Source: Phoronis australis
Taxonomy: Eukaryota; Animalia; Phoronida
DNA length: 64,000 nucleotides
Direction: 5' to 3'
NCBI GenBank assembly: GCA_002633005.1
Contig: NMRA01000043.1
Span: forward strand, 832,481 to 896,480
Shown here: positions 52,794-64,000 of the stretch, in pieces
How the letters are laid out: the number at the start of each line of letters is the position of its first letter
How positions within the stretch are numbered: the stretch's first letter is position 1
Translations under genes and position numbers: made by a program
Notes under the pieces: model-generated
What the model was told of the DNA's origin: nothing
Databases searched by the model: none
Seen by the model: the letters and a program-made list of their open reading frames with translations, nothing else

Positions 52794-52862
52794 TAAATAG
52801 ATAAATAAAACAACAAGAATGGATCATGTTGATCCATTCTTGTCGTTTTATTTACCTATTTA
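52794..52862. repeat. Palindrome/hairpin, 33-bp arms and 3-nt loop
   Basis: TAAATAGATAAATAAAACAACAAGAATGGATCA-TGT-TGATCCATTCTTGTCGTTTTATTTACCTATTTA, two mismatches. Confidence 0.9.
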
Positions 52863-53040
52863 TATTCTACATTTCGTGAAACAATAGTATCCTTAGGAGG
52901 ATCTGGATCGCCTTATTTAGTTTCAGATTTATTTTCTAAGTCATGAACTTAATAATGTATAAGGTCATAACCGACTCGACAAACACTGGTGAGATACCAA
53001 TTTCAGTGAACACATCTTCAGTCTTAATCCCGCCACTTAC

Positions 53041-53152
53041 CCATAGAGGTCATCTCATCATCACCATTAAGTTCAGATACACCTTCTGCTGGGATGGTGT
53101 CACTATAGTACTGAGACCACTTCTCACTGGATACTGCCGACAGTACTGCCCC
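53041..53152 (-). CDS. CASK: CASK internal exon: linker after kinase domain (GAVLSAVSSEKWSQYYSDTIPAEGVSELNGDDEMTSM)
   Basis: 112 nt, tttgcag acceptor, G|gtaagt donor, phase 0-1. Matches CASK [34 protein letters not shown]. Confidence 0.93.
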
Positions 53153-55147
53153 CTGCAAATAGAAAGGAAAATTACAGTCACAAAAATTAAATAAACATAT
53201 GGTTAGCACAACATGAACCTTTCCTACCCAGTCAAATCCAGCTCATCCGAAGCATTGACAGAAACTGCAAAGTTAGCTTCTAAGGTAACAGACATTGAAA
53301 TCATCATAAGACATGTTATCGTCATCAAATTTATTGCAAGGTGGTGTAAAATGACCTTCACCATTATCCCAGCAGTGACACCCGTCGATAGTTTCTACTG
53401 AATTGAGCATTCTCACTACAGCGACAAGTCTACGCTTTGCAGTTAAATCCACCCATTTACAGCCAAGACCAAACTTAAAATGTTCCCATAGACCAATGTT
53501 TCCCACAGACCAACCATCAATGTAAGTGCGAAAGGATATTAATTAAGTGATAAGTAAATATTCGCTAGCCTGCCCATGATCTCATAACAACCAAAGTGTT
53601 GAATATGATGTAAGTTAATGTTGTTGGAGGTTAATTATAGGCACGCAATTTTGAACCAATTTAAAGACAATATTTGGGATTCTATATCGAAGAAACCAAC
53701 TAACAGTATGGAATTCTATTAAATTACTTAGACTTTTTAAAACTTTAATGGCACCAAAGTTAAAAAGCATTTCTAAATAAGAAAATGCATGTGAATTAAC
53801 ACCACATACAACAACAACACAGCTTGTTATGATCACTGCACAGAAAAGAGCACAAGCATTTGTAATGCCAACAATTCACCTTAAAACACAAGCCAGATTG
53901 CCATGTCTATTCAAATTACAACAAAATTAACAAAACTTACGCAGACAAGTGTAACTTCAGACAAAATTAAAAGTTCCTCCATTGCACTAAATGGAAATCG
54001 TAATAAACAGTCCCCTTTAAGGTATTACGTCACAGCCGGAGCCCACGCCTACTGTATCCAAACTATAAGACCTCAAATCATGCTGTGTACATAAACTTTA
54101 GAAACTGTAACCAGTTCAAGCCTGCATGTTGGTCACTGTGCCAAACTCAAGTGAAGAGAAGCAGGAGGGATGACCCAGACATAATGAGAGTCAGATGGAA
54201 GACATAAGGGGCTTGAGTAACAACTTGTAACCATGGTCTAAACACGACAACTTCTAGCCTCCATCAGCACCAATTCTCCACTATGAGGAGGTTGTTGGTG
54301 CAAGGGATTAATTAGACCTGATGTATTCCCACCACTGAGATAGGTCATGTGTGTGCACAGATTGTTCACACCAGCTCTGATTAAAATTGATCTAGGAGTG
54401 TACTGCCATAGGGAAAATTTAGGGGGCATTATGCAATGGGTCACTTTTTTCTGTACATTTTCATGAGAGGCAAGTAACTATACCCACGTCATTATTTGCT
54501 CATTAACTAGCTGCCTAAAGTGAGGTGAACATATTTAGAGAACAAGAATGTGTAAGAATCTTATTAAGCATTTGTTTGAACTTTTCAGGGTCAAATCTCA
54601 AATTATGTGAATCTCAAATTATGTGTCAACAAGATGCAGCAGTTGATAAGAACTGGTGACAAAGTGAAATTGGAACTCGACATCTTACAACAAAATATAA
54701 TCCAATGTTCTGGCACTACGACATGATGATTTAAATATATCTACCTACGCACTCATAAAAATGGCAAGAAAAACTTTAATTTACAAAAAGGTTTAATTAC
54801 CTTTCTTCAGAGATCACGTTTGTTATTGAACAACCATGTACATATTTGTAAATTAAGGTTATATGCAAGTCTGCATGTTTTGTCAAATATTTACAAAAAC
54901 TATTAATTTAAACTCGATAAAAAAAAATTTCTTTTCTGGAAGTAGAAAGCCCGTTATTAATTGGACAATGTGAAAATGTGTTTTTAGGGCAACTTAACAT
55001 CTCAAAAACGCTGTTTCAATTTTCTACAATATCATTTCGTTTCACTTTCATGCAGCTTTATAGAGTTTTTTCACGAAAATCATAAAAAGTCTTATTTAAG
55101 ATAGCTCCCCATGTAAAACTTGAACACTTTAAAAACAATTCCAAGTA

Positions 55148-55262
55148 AAAGTTTGGAGAACACTACATATAGCATAGTATCTCAAAGTTTGGAGAACACT
55201 ACATATAGCATAGTATCTCAAAGTTTGGAGAACACTACATATAGCATAGTATCTCAAAGTTT
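55148..55262. repeat. Tandem repeat, 36-bp unit x3, inside an older interspersed repeat
   Basis: AAGTTTGGAGAACACTACATATAGCATAGTATCTCA repeated. Confidence 0.93.
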
Positions 55263-56084
55263 CAACTCAATCTCATCAGCCATTTCTGAGATATGATGTT
55301 CCATGATAGCCAAACCTTTCTAGGGTAATACACCAACTTAAGAACCATAAATTACTTAAGTCCCAAATAACAAGCATGTACTCATAAAATGAAAATTTCC
55401 TTTTTAAAATAAAAGATTGTAAAAAATCATAGTTACTAATCAAAGAGATGGTCATAAAATAGGACTTTCAGCAAATTGCATAGATTGATCATAATAGAAC
55501 TTGACATAGGGATACTATCACTAGGTACAAGGAACCATTTGGGCATTAACCAAACTTTACAAGACGATAGATTTACATCATGTCCTGGCTTGTTATCTGT
55601 TGATATATTGTGTAAACTAGAACATCTTTCTTGAATCAGTCTCCATGGTTACCTTCAGCACCCCTTGCCACTAGCTGCAGTAGCAGAACCACGAGATCTC
55701 TTTTCACATAGCTAATGTAGCAGAATCTATGTAGCAGGATTCATGAACCCCTTAGATATTTTTCTTGTATCAAAGACCAATGCTGCAACAGCATCAGGCC
55801 ACAGACTTTATGCTTGCTTCCCTCTCTAAATGCTTGCTTATTTATTTGTCTAGTCAAGACTTAATTATCGGCTGTTAGTAGAAATTTTCCACAGTCCAAA
55901 GCGGTGCAAATGATGAAGGTCTCCTAGTCTTGTGTGATTTTTTAAAATGACAGGGCCAAAAGCGATTACTTGTGTTGGACTGGATAAAACCTTTCCCCTT
56001 GAGGAGTTGTGATGGGTGATGGAAACTCTTCAAAGTCACAAAGTTGCAATGGTGGTGGGAAAGCAACAACTCATGTCAATAGCA

Positions 56085-56698
56085 GATCCTAAACTACACA
56101 ATTAACAGACTGCTAAACACGAAGACGGACACAATAACATGACTCACGTACCTGCAAACACCGTTCACGACTCACATACACAGGATTGGACTCACAAAAC
56201 ACAATTCATTCACAAAAATACAAAGTCACGGATTCACATTAACGTTGAAACACGATAAACTGATCGCAAAACGCGGTTCACTCCGATAAAGCATGCCGAA
56301 TACAGTCACAGACTCATCGGCAGATGAGAATTGATGTCACAAAAAGATTTTGGATGCCAATATACTATAGATCAATTAAGCAGTTTAAATAATGTTTATT
56401 GTTTCTAATTCAAAACATTTACATCACATTACAGACAAATATCCAAAATTATATCTAATCTCGCACCCATTACACACCTGTTGAAGCCGATTTCTACATT
56501 TTATCAGTAAACTGAGTTTGGCAGTCCGTGTGTCGTGTTCCATGAGTCCGTGGCCGTGTATTTTGGGTGAATGAATCGTGTTTTGTGAGTCCGATTCCGT
56601 GTATGTGAGTCAGTAAATGGTGTCTGCCGGTACGAGAGTTGTTTTTGTGTCTGTCACCGTGTTTAGGAATCTGTTAACCGTGTTCCTTAAGTACCATG
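56085..56698. mobile_element. Older diverged relative of the 39411-39840 foldback MITE
   Basis: CCTAAACTACAC..CATGACTCACG..GGACTCACAAAACAC left arm, inverted right arm ending GTACCATG, longer AT-rich spacer. Confidence 0.7.
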
Positions 56699-57250
56699 AG
56701 ATAACTGAAGGAGATCGCAATACAAAAACACCGAGCAGTATAGTTGTTCTAAAAATTATTCAAAACCTCTTATTCATACAATAACTTAAACAAACTTTCA
56801 TGAAACCACCAAATAGCTAGAATCAGGCTGCAGTAACTGCGTAGAGACAAGACCGGAAACCAATGGAGTCGATGCAAACAGGCACAGGGTTCTCTTAGCA
56901 TAGGAGTGCAGACTTCTATGCAGGTCAAATCACTAAGTTCAGTACAACAACATATTTAATAATCATTATTCTGAAATCCAAAAATTACATCTAACTTTGG
57001 TAAAGAACATGTTTTAACCATGTTTTAGTGATAAGGTGCATAATTCAAGACGACATCTTTTAAATTAAAAATTCTAGGAATTGGTCATTACTAGCTTTAA
57101 ACTGATGCCAAAAACACTAAGAAAATTCAGCTGCTGGTAAATAAAATACAGAAGCAATACTAAATTTAATTTGTCCTGCCAGCACTCTGCATTGAATAGG
57201 TTACCGTCAAAAGCTGGCCACCAAGACGGCAAGTGTGGGGTCATGCGTAC

Positions 57251-57331
57251 CTTTAACTTCCTGCGTTGGTTAAACTCCTGCATCTCTTGCACAGTGTCAT
57301 GCAGGTGTACCTTGGGTGCGCCACCTTTCTC
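57251..57331 (-). CDS. CASK: CASK internal exon: end of CaMK-like domain / calmodulin-binding segment (EKGGAPKVHLHDTVQEMQEFNQRRKLK)
   Basis: 81 nt, ttgcag acceptor, AAG|gtacgc donor, phase 0-0. Matches the vertebrate CASK exon [28 protein letters not shown] and joins in frame to the next exon. Confidence 0.93.
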
Positions 57332-57550
57332 CTGCAACATAAAGAGAATGTTCACCATACAAGACATGTAACAAGGCCCAGCACTTGAACAACCACCTGT
57401 TAGGACATAAACAAACCAGGTCAGGCCAACCAAATACAGTTTATCAGTCAGCACCAGCTGGTGGAATGTAGTTAAGTGGTTAACACCAAGCCCTGAGGTG
57501 TGGACCACAGGAGATTTATTAATGTCTCAATAAACCTTGGCAGCATGATA

Positions 57551-58327
57551 GCCTAGAGCTTCTCTAGCAAAACATGGCGATATCACAACTCCTATTGTTT
57601 CCCAGGTAAAACATGGCTATATCACAACCCCTAGTGCTTCCCTAGTAAAACATGGCCATATCATAACCCCTAGAGCTTCCCAAATAAACATGGCGATATC
57701 ATAACTCCTAGAGCTTCCCAAGTAAAACGTGGCCATGTCACACAACCCCTAGAGCTTCACTAATAAAACATGGCCATATCACAACCCCTAGTGCTTCCCT
57801 AGTAAAACATGGCCATATCATAACCCCTTGAGCTTCCCAAATAAAACATGGCGATATCATAACTCCTAGAGCTTCCCAAGTAAAATGTGGCCATGTCACA
57901 CAACCCCTAGTGCTTCACTAATAAAACAGGGCCATATCACAACCCCTAGTGCTTCCCTAGTAAAACATGGCGATACCAAAACTCTTAGTGCTTCCCTAGA
58001 AAAACATTGCAATATCACAACCCCTAGTAATTCCCTTGTAAAACATGGCGATATCACAACCTCTAGAGCTTCCCTTGTAAAACATGGCCATATCACAACT
58101 CCTAGTGCATTCCCAAGTAAAACATGGCCATATTACAACCCCTAGTGCTTCCCTAGTAAAACATGGCCATATCACAACCCCTAGTGCTTCACTAGTAAAA
58201 CATGGCCATATCACAACACCTAGTGCTTCCCTAGTAAAACATGGCGATATCACAACCCCTAGTGCTTCACTAGTAAAACATGGCCATATCACAACACCTA
58301 GTGCTTCCCTAAAACATGGCGATATCA
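57551..58327. repeat. Minisatellite, 39-bp unit x~20, with higher-order structure
   Basis: CCTAGTGCTTCCCTAGTAAAACATGGCCATATCACAACC repeated; explains the repetitive ORFs at 57885-58361. Confidence 0.97.
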
Positions 58328-60202
58328 CGTAAAGAAGACTTGCATGGTCTTGTGATTTCATGAGATTATTGAAACTATGGAACGCAGGTCAGGTTACAGC
58401 CAGAAGTCAGCACACACAACTTAACTCTGGAGTGATGCGCACACCAATGTGGACAAAACGTATTCAATAAGTACTTGAGTACTACACACACTGGTCATAG
58501 GTTGTCTTCCACCACACACATTTATCAGCCAATGATCTATGAACCTCCTGAACACTGAAACACCTGTTAATTATATGGCAGAAAAAAGCAGATTCCTGCA
58601 ACAGTGTGGCTTAATTGCCACCCCTGCCTAGGAACATACTTGTGAAATGAGTAGTTAATTAATAAGTCCCAGGAAACTGGCCTGACTGTTAACTAAACAT
58701 TAACAGTATCAGGTTCTGCCTACCATGACTAGATACTGGTAACAGAAGCTTAAAACAACAAATTGTCAGCAGCAATCAAGATAATTTACTACTGCCATAG
58801 TTCTGACCCACAACCATGTAATTTATTAGGTCTTGCTAGTTCTAAGTCAAAATTTTATAAGTTACTGCTTGCATAGGTCTAAGTCACAACAATATATTAA
58901 CTTATTGTATGAATACATCAAAGTCAAACTCTATATAATTTACAACTCAGAGCTAAAACTCTCCACTATATAATTTACCGCATGCATAGTTCTGAGTCAA
59001 TCTTTACAATTTACTACTTGCATGGTTCAAAGTCAAAACTGAATAATTTTTAATGAATGCTAAGTAGTCTGAGTCAAATTATATAATGTACCCCTTGCAC
59101 TTACAGTTCCAAGTTACCAACTGCATAAATTACTGCTTGCATAGTTCTAAATCACAACTGTATAATTTACTAGAACAATGTAGGAATACCTTAAAATACG
59201 AGAAGACAGCTATTGACAATTTGCCACTTATCTGTAAAATCCTGCAGACTAAGGACATTCCATAAACACTGAGACAAAAAATAGTATAAAGTCAATCTAG
59301 AGCAATCGTGAAAACGAGTTTCACAAGAAATGACAAAAAAACTTGGACACATACAGATAACTCACAAAGAAACAAGGGCAATAAAAACAGATGACCGAAA
59401 ACAAGATTTACAAATATAGGTAAATGATTTTGTTTCTGATACAACCTAAAAGTTATCAGTTAATTAGATAGTACAGTAAACTCTCACAAATTTTGGACAC
59501 AATATGATGGATAAGCGATGTTTTGTTTTTTCACTTTTCCACAGAAGATAGGTAGCACTAAAGTAATGTTTTTGCCCACTTAAGGTCTTTGCCATAGCAA
59601 CCATAAGACAAGATTTTGAAAAGGGGCATTCACAACAATTTTAGCAGCCCTTGAAAAATGAAAAAATGAAAAAAAAACAGTCCAAAACTGGTGACATTTT
59701 ACTATAGTATGTAAGACTAACGTGAGGTGATGCTATGAAGTAGAAGTCATCAGAAGCATCAGTCAGCTGCAGACCGTGTCCACGTCGCACGTCTTCACCT
59801 CCACCTGTACACCCCAACACCATTCTTACTACACTCCACAGTCAGATCCTCTCAGCCTCACACAATTTAATCCTCCCAAGCAGCCATCTAAGTTTAACTG
59901 ACACAGCCCTTCATTATCAAATGCACAGAGTTTCTCCTATGACAAGAACAAAGATTAAACTCAAAATTCCTGAGCAAAAATCCGCAACAAAGATATTTGT
60001 GTTGCTTTGAGTGACGGCAAAGATATAATATGAATTCCTAAGCTAGACAATCAAATGCAGAAAGTACTTCATTCCTCAACAGACTACTTGACTTAGCACA
60101 TGGTAGGAGCATATGTACTTCACAATACTCATTTGAGCAGCCACTGACCTTGTGGTAAGCTATTTTTGTTTATCACAGTGGTGTCATGTTCTGATGGATT
60201 TA

Positions 60203-60341
60203 CACAACAGCAACAATAGCCACTTGGCTAATGCCTTTACAAATGGCCACAGTAATGCCTGCAAACTATTCACAACAGCAACAATAGCCACTTGGCTAAT
60301 GCCTTTACAAATGGCCACAGTAATGCCTGCAAACTATTCAC
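60203..60341. repeat. Direct duplication, 68 bp x2
   Basis: CACAACAGCAACAATAGCCACTTGGCTAATGCCTTTACAAATGGCCACAGTAATGCCTGCAAACTATT twice. Confidence 0.93.
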
Positions 60342-60659
60342 ATAGTTTGTTCCTACATTACATTACCTGTCATAATTTGCTAGTTTTAACCACTTCAAAT
60401 GTACAGAACCACATAATTGTCAATCATGAAAAAATTCTCCTACGAAATAGCCATAAGGCAATGCCCTGTCAGTTTTCTGAAGTTGGAAGATATTAACCAT
60501 ACAAAATGTAGTCATGGAAACTGAGCAGATAGCAGAAATTGTAACTGAGTAATTGGAAGCGAGCATACAAGTAATTGCTGAGCAAAGTTTGAAGTCATGC
60601 ACTGTCAGTCAACTAGAGACGATAATGAGTCCTAATTGTACACAATTAAATATATCATA

Positions 60660-61164
60660 AGGCCCTTTCATATTGACTTAACTCCGGTCTGAGCGGAGCG
60701 TCGACCTAAACAGTGCGGTTAACTGGACCGTTCATACTGGCTTCGGTAGTTAATGACCATCGAAGTAAAGGGTTGGTGACACTGACGTCATCGAAGTTAT
60801 CGCAAGGTAGTGCTGCACGCTAAGATTTTTTAAATGTGACAATTTGGGAACATTTAAATGTGCTAAATGACATTAAACTGATTTTTAAATCAATTGGTTA
60901 TCATTAGAGCAAAAATAAGTAGTTATTAGTGACGGCACTACTCTGTAACTGTTGACGATAACAGTGGCACCTGGCGATAACTTCGATTGGACCGGAGTTA
61001 AGCGTTCATACTGCACCGTAGCGTCGACGCTGCGGTCTTAAATCCACCTGTTAACTGCGATGTTAACTGGAGCTGTTAACTGCGATCCAGGAACGGAGTT
61101 AAGCGTTCATACTGACCGCAACTCCCCAAACCATCAACGCGTCGACGTTAGTATGAAAGGCCCT
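60660..61164. mobile_element. Harbinger-like MITE
   Basis: ATA|AGGCCCTTTCATATTGAC ... GTTAGTATGAAAGGCCCT|ATA; internal repeats CGGAGTTAAGCGTTCATACTG. Confidence 0.75.
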
Positions 61165-61209
61165 ATAGTGTATTCTCTTGATAAACAATGTCCAGTTGCC
61201 ATTGCAATT

Positions 61210-61405
61210 AGTCACTACTACAACCAGTTACTGCCACAACCAGTCACAGCCATAACCATTCACTGCCTCAACTGGTCACTGCCTCAACTGGTCACTGCCT
61301 CAACTGGTCACTGCCTCAACTGGTCACTCACTGCCTCAACTGGTCACTGCCACAACTGGTCACTGCCACAACTGGTCACTACCACAACTGGTCATTATTA
61401 CAATT
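61210..61405. repeat. Minisatellite, 16-bp unit x~12
   Basis: CACTGCCTCAACTGGT repeated, degenerate at the edges. Confidence 0.9.
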
Positions 61406-62559
61406 GCCGACAACTTTAGTGGCATATGATCACACAGTTTCCACTCAAAGTTGAATTTTCTGAGTTTTTTAGGATACAATATTCATTTTCCTAGTTAGTG
61501 TTATTTTCCACAAAACTCAGACATAGGGTTTCACCATAGATGAGCATAACTACACATGCTCTACCTGTTGTTAAGTCATAAAAATAAGCAAGGCGATAAG
61601 TGAAATTTAGTTTCAGGAATAACAATTGTCCTGACACTCTGAGCAAGGAACAAGTGGAGACCAACTTTACAGCAGCAAGCGAACAAAATCCAGAATTTGC
61701 TTGTTGGACAAAACGTATGTTTGTAGCCTCTTTTGCTCTTACACAATCACATATCTTTATATAGGTCTACATATTAATGTTAAATAGGCACCTGATAATT
61801 TGAGCCAAATTAAACCTTTTCTGCTTGCAACTTGAAGTAACTGTCTACCTTCGTGCATTTTTTTAAAAAGTATAACTATGAAAAGATATGTTTTTCACTA
61901 TTACCCATGACAATTCTTTTAAGGCATTTCAATGTACCATATGTGCGAGTTATTTGAGACGAAATTTAAGTATGTGTCATCAAATATAGATTAGCTATTT
62001 TCAGGCGTTTTGATTTCAACTAACAAGAGTAAACAACTGATTTGAGCCCAAGTTGCACCGCAAACGCTATGTTTCTATCAGCTTCATGAAAGTTACAAAA
62101 AGACAACAATTAGACCGCAAGGAGTAGCAGCAATATTTAGAATAGACAAAAAACTGCTCGAACCTCAGCTATAAAAAGTGAGTACTTTTCAACATTTTTA
62201 ACAAAAAGTTAAAAAAAGCTACAAAAGGACACAACCCTAGACATCCAAAAATTGGCAAGCATATGCTACTTCTTTTCATAGAGAATAATGAGATTTGGTA
62301 GATACAAACTATTAAGATAGAAATATACGGTACCGTATGACAAAAGAGGACACAGCACTTGTTAGAATCGGAACAAAACTGGTAGATGCCACCATCTCCA
62401 AAATGGAACACAACTTAAATTTTATTTCAAGCGGATTGGTTTTCCAAGATGTGGACACCCAAGCAGAGGTAAGTGTGCTAGGGCAGTCAAGTTGACAGTG
62501 ACCACCACATTCTCACCATATAACTCTACAAGTGTCAAGTAAATATAAATCTAGAAACG

Positions 62560-63520
62560 CACCTGACCAGCAATATCTGGCTGAAAACTAACATGACCAC
62601 TAGAGAGTAGCCAAGTCTGACTGAAAACAACTGGTACCAGCGCATTCCACCTACATACCATGCCCATGTGCTGAGTTTCGTTAAACTTGTTTAGTCATTT
62701 TGATAATAATTGACTGAAAAGAGATATCTTGTAGAGAAAAAATGGTCACTAGTTACAGCCACCAATTTTGCCTAGCAATCGATTGTTGCTGGCACATTGT
62801 CATCACATACCTCTGTGTAAAATTTCATTGAAATCTGTCAATCGGTTCTCTAGATATTGTACGGAAACTCTCTTTCCCACAAAAATACAGAAGAAGCCGC
62901 TTGTCTACACTAGGGGGTGCTCCAGTAGACAAATAGGTCCAAAAATCAAATGGTGCCGGCACACTGCAGTTACATAAATCTGTGTTTTGTTGAAATCTGT
63001 CAATAGGTTGTCTAGATACCCTAGTCAAGAACAAAATGGCCAATAGGGGGTGATAGGACAACCGCCACATGCGTATGTATTAAATTTCATTAAAATCTGT
63101 CATCTTCTCTAGATATCATTCAGAAATGTTCTTCCGTCTCCCTGGGCCCAAAGCAGATGGAAAAATGGCGTGCTCCGCCCTAAACCCTTGTGCCATATTT
63201 CAACAAAGCCTGACCAGGGGTTTTGAGATATCGAGCAGACAGTGGACACTAGGGGCTAATACACTAGTCCAATCAACTGGTGTCAGTGCACTGTCATCAC
63301 ATGCCTATCCCTGTTTCGCGTTTCATTAAAATCTGTTCATTGGCCATCAAGATATCACCCAGAAACACTCTAGCACCAAAAATTTTGAAAAAGCTCCTCG
63401 TCGAGAACAAAATGGTTTCTAGGTGTTGCAATATTCAATTCTGTCTACAAACTGGCTGGTGCTAGCAGATTGCCATCATATACCATTGTGTTACAAGGGG
63501 TTTAAGAGATATTATAAAAA
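62560..63520. repeat. Degenerate array of HINE-type internal units
   Basis: Recurrent AAATTTCATTRAAATCTGTCA..TCTAGATA and CACTAGGGG motifs at about 150-bp spacing. Confidence 0.55.
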
Positions 63521-63755
63521 ATAAATACAAGAAAACATGCGCAGGCCGCTTAGGTGACCACATTGCACTGATCACCTGGAACCATTTTTATGCTTTATTT
63601 CTTAAAACCAAGCTAGCAGAGTGACCTAAAACTACTCTGAGGTGGTGGTGAGTTACAACTATTATTAAAATCTCAGAACACATGTGAATGAAACAACACA
63701 ATATTCAATGGAATAACATCCGAAAACTAGATAGTGAAACAGGTTGAACCAAGAG

Positions 63756-64000
63756 ACAAGAGCAACGCGGAGCGTTGAAATGCGCCCACAATTGCACCGC
63801 ATACGGTATCCTTCTAGGGTTGTTTATTGGTACCATAAAATGGCCAGTAGAGGGCATACTTTGCAAAATGGAAAGGCATGGTCATTGTCTCCTCAATAGG
63901 CTAGGGGCAAAATGTGAGTAATCTTCATAATACAAGCACATCCTATACACCAGTTGCTTAAAGCACCACAGAAACATAGAATTAAAAACAAATTTACCAA
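63756..64000 (-). mobile_element. Terminus of another HINE-like family 1 element, running off the window
   Basis: ACAAGAG-CAACGCGGAGCGTTG (hairpin)-AAATGCGCCCAC, homologous to 15498-15560. Confidence 0.65.

Noticed and set aside
51102-53040. Orthologue of the small vertebrate alternative exon between the linker and L27-1
   Set aside because: No phase 1-1 segment with credible splice sites found by eye.
57885-58361. Repetitive ORFs (KHGHITTPSASLV)n and their reverse frames; likewise 32315-32551
   Set aside because: Artefacts of minisatellite units whose length is divisible by three.
59722-59805. GC-richer exon-like segment (GGEDVRRGHGLQLTDASDD)
   Set aside because: Poor polypyrimidine tract, no similarity to the CASK kinase C-lobe, and a stop in the phase-0 frame.

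Overview
AT-rich, gene-poor animal genomic DNA. The repeat content suggests a marine invertebrate, plausibly a basal deuterostome (inference). The whole window lies inside one minus-strand gene, CASK/LIN-2 (a MAGUK). Four exons (57251-57331, 53041-53152, 50983-51101, 20178-20345; 480 nt, 160 aa in frame) encode the calmodulin-binding tail of the CaMK-like domain, the linker, the first L27 domain and part of the second. The last of these exons apparently uses a GC donor. The kinase exons and the PDZ/SH3/GK exons lie outside the window. The introns (4.1 kb, 1.9 kb, 30.6 kb, >20 kb) hold non-autonomous DNA transposons (pogo-like, Harbinger-like, Kolobok-like, IS3EU-like, Helentron/HINE-like, unclassified MITEs), LINE remnants and minisatellites. 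The most interesting but unproven signal is a series of short ATG-to-phase-0-donor segments in the two long L27 introns. They would give kinase-less CASK isoforms with Cys-rich or hydrophobic N-termini. There is also a candidate 15-nt microexon and many CTCF-like motifs. All family assignments are from motif recognition by eye; no searches were run.
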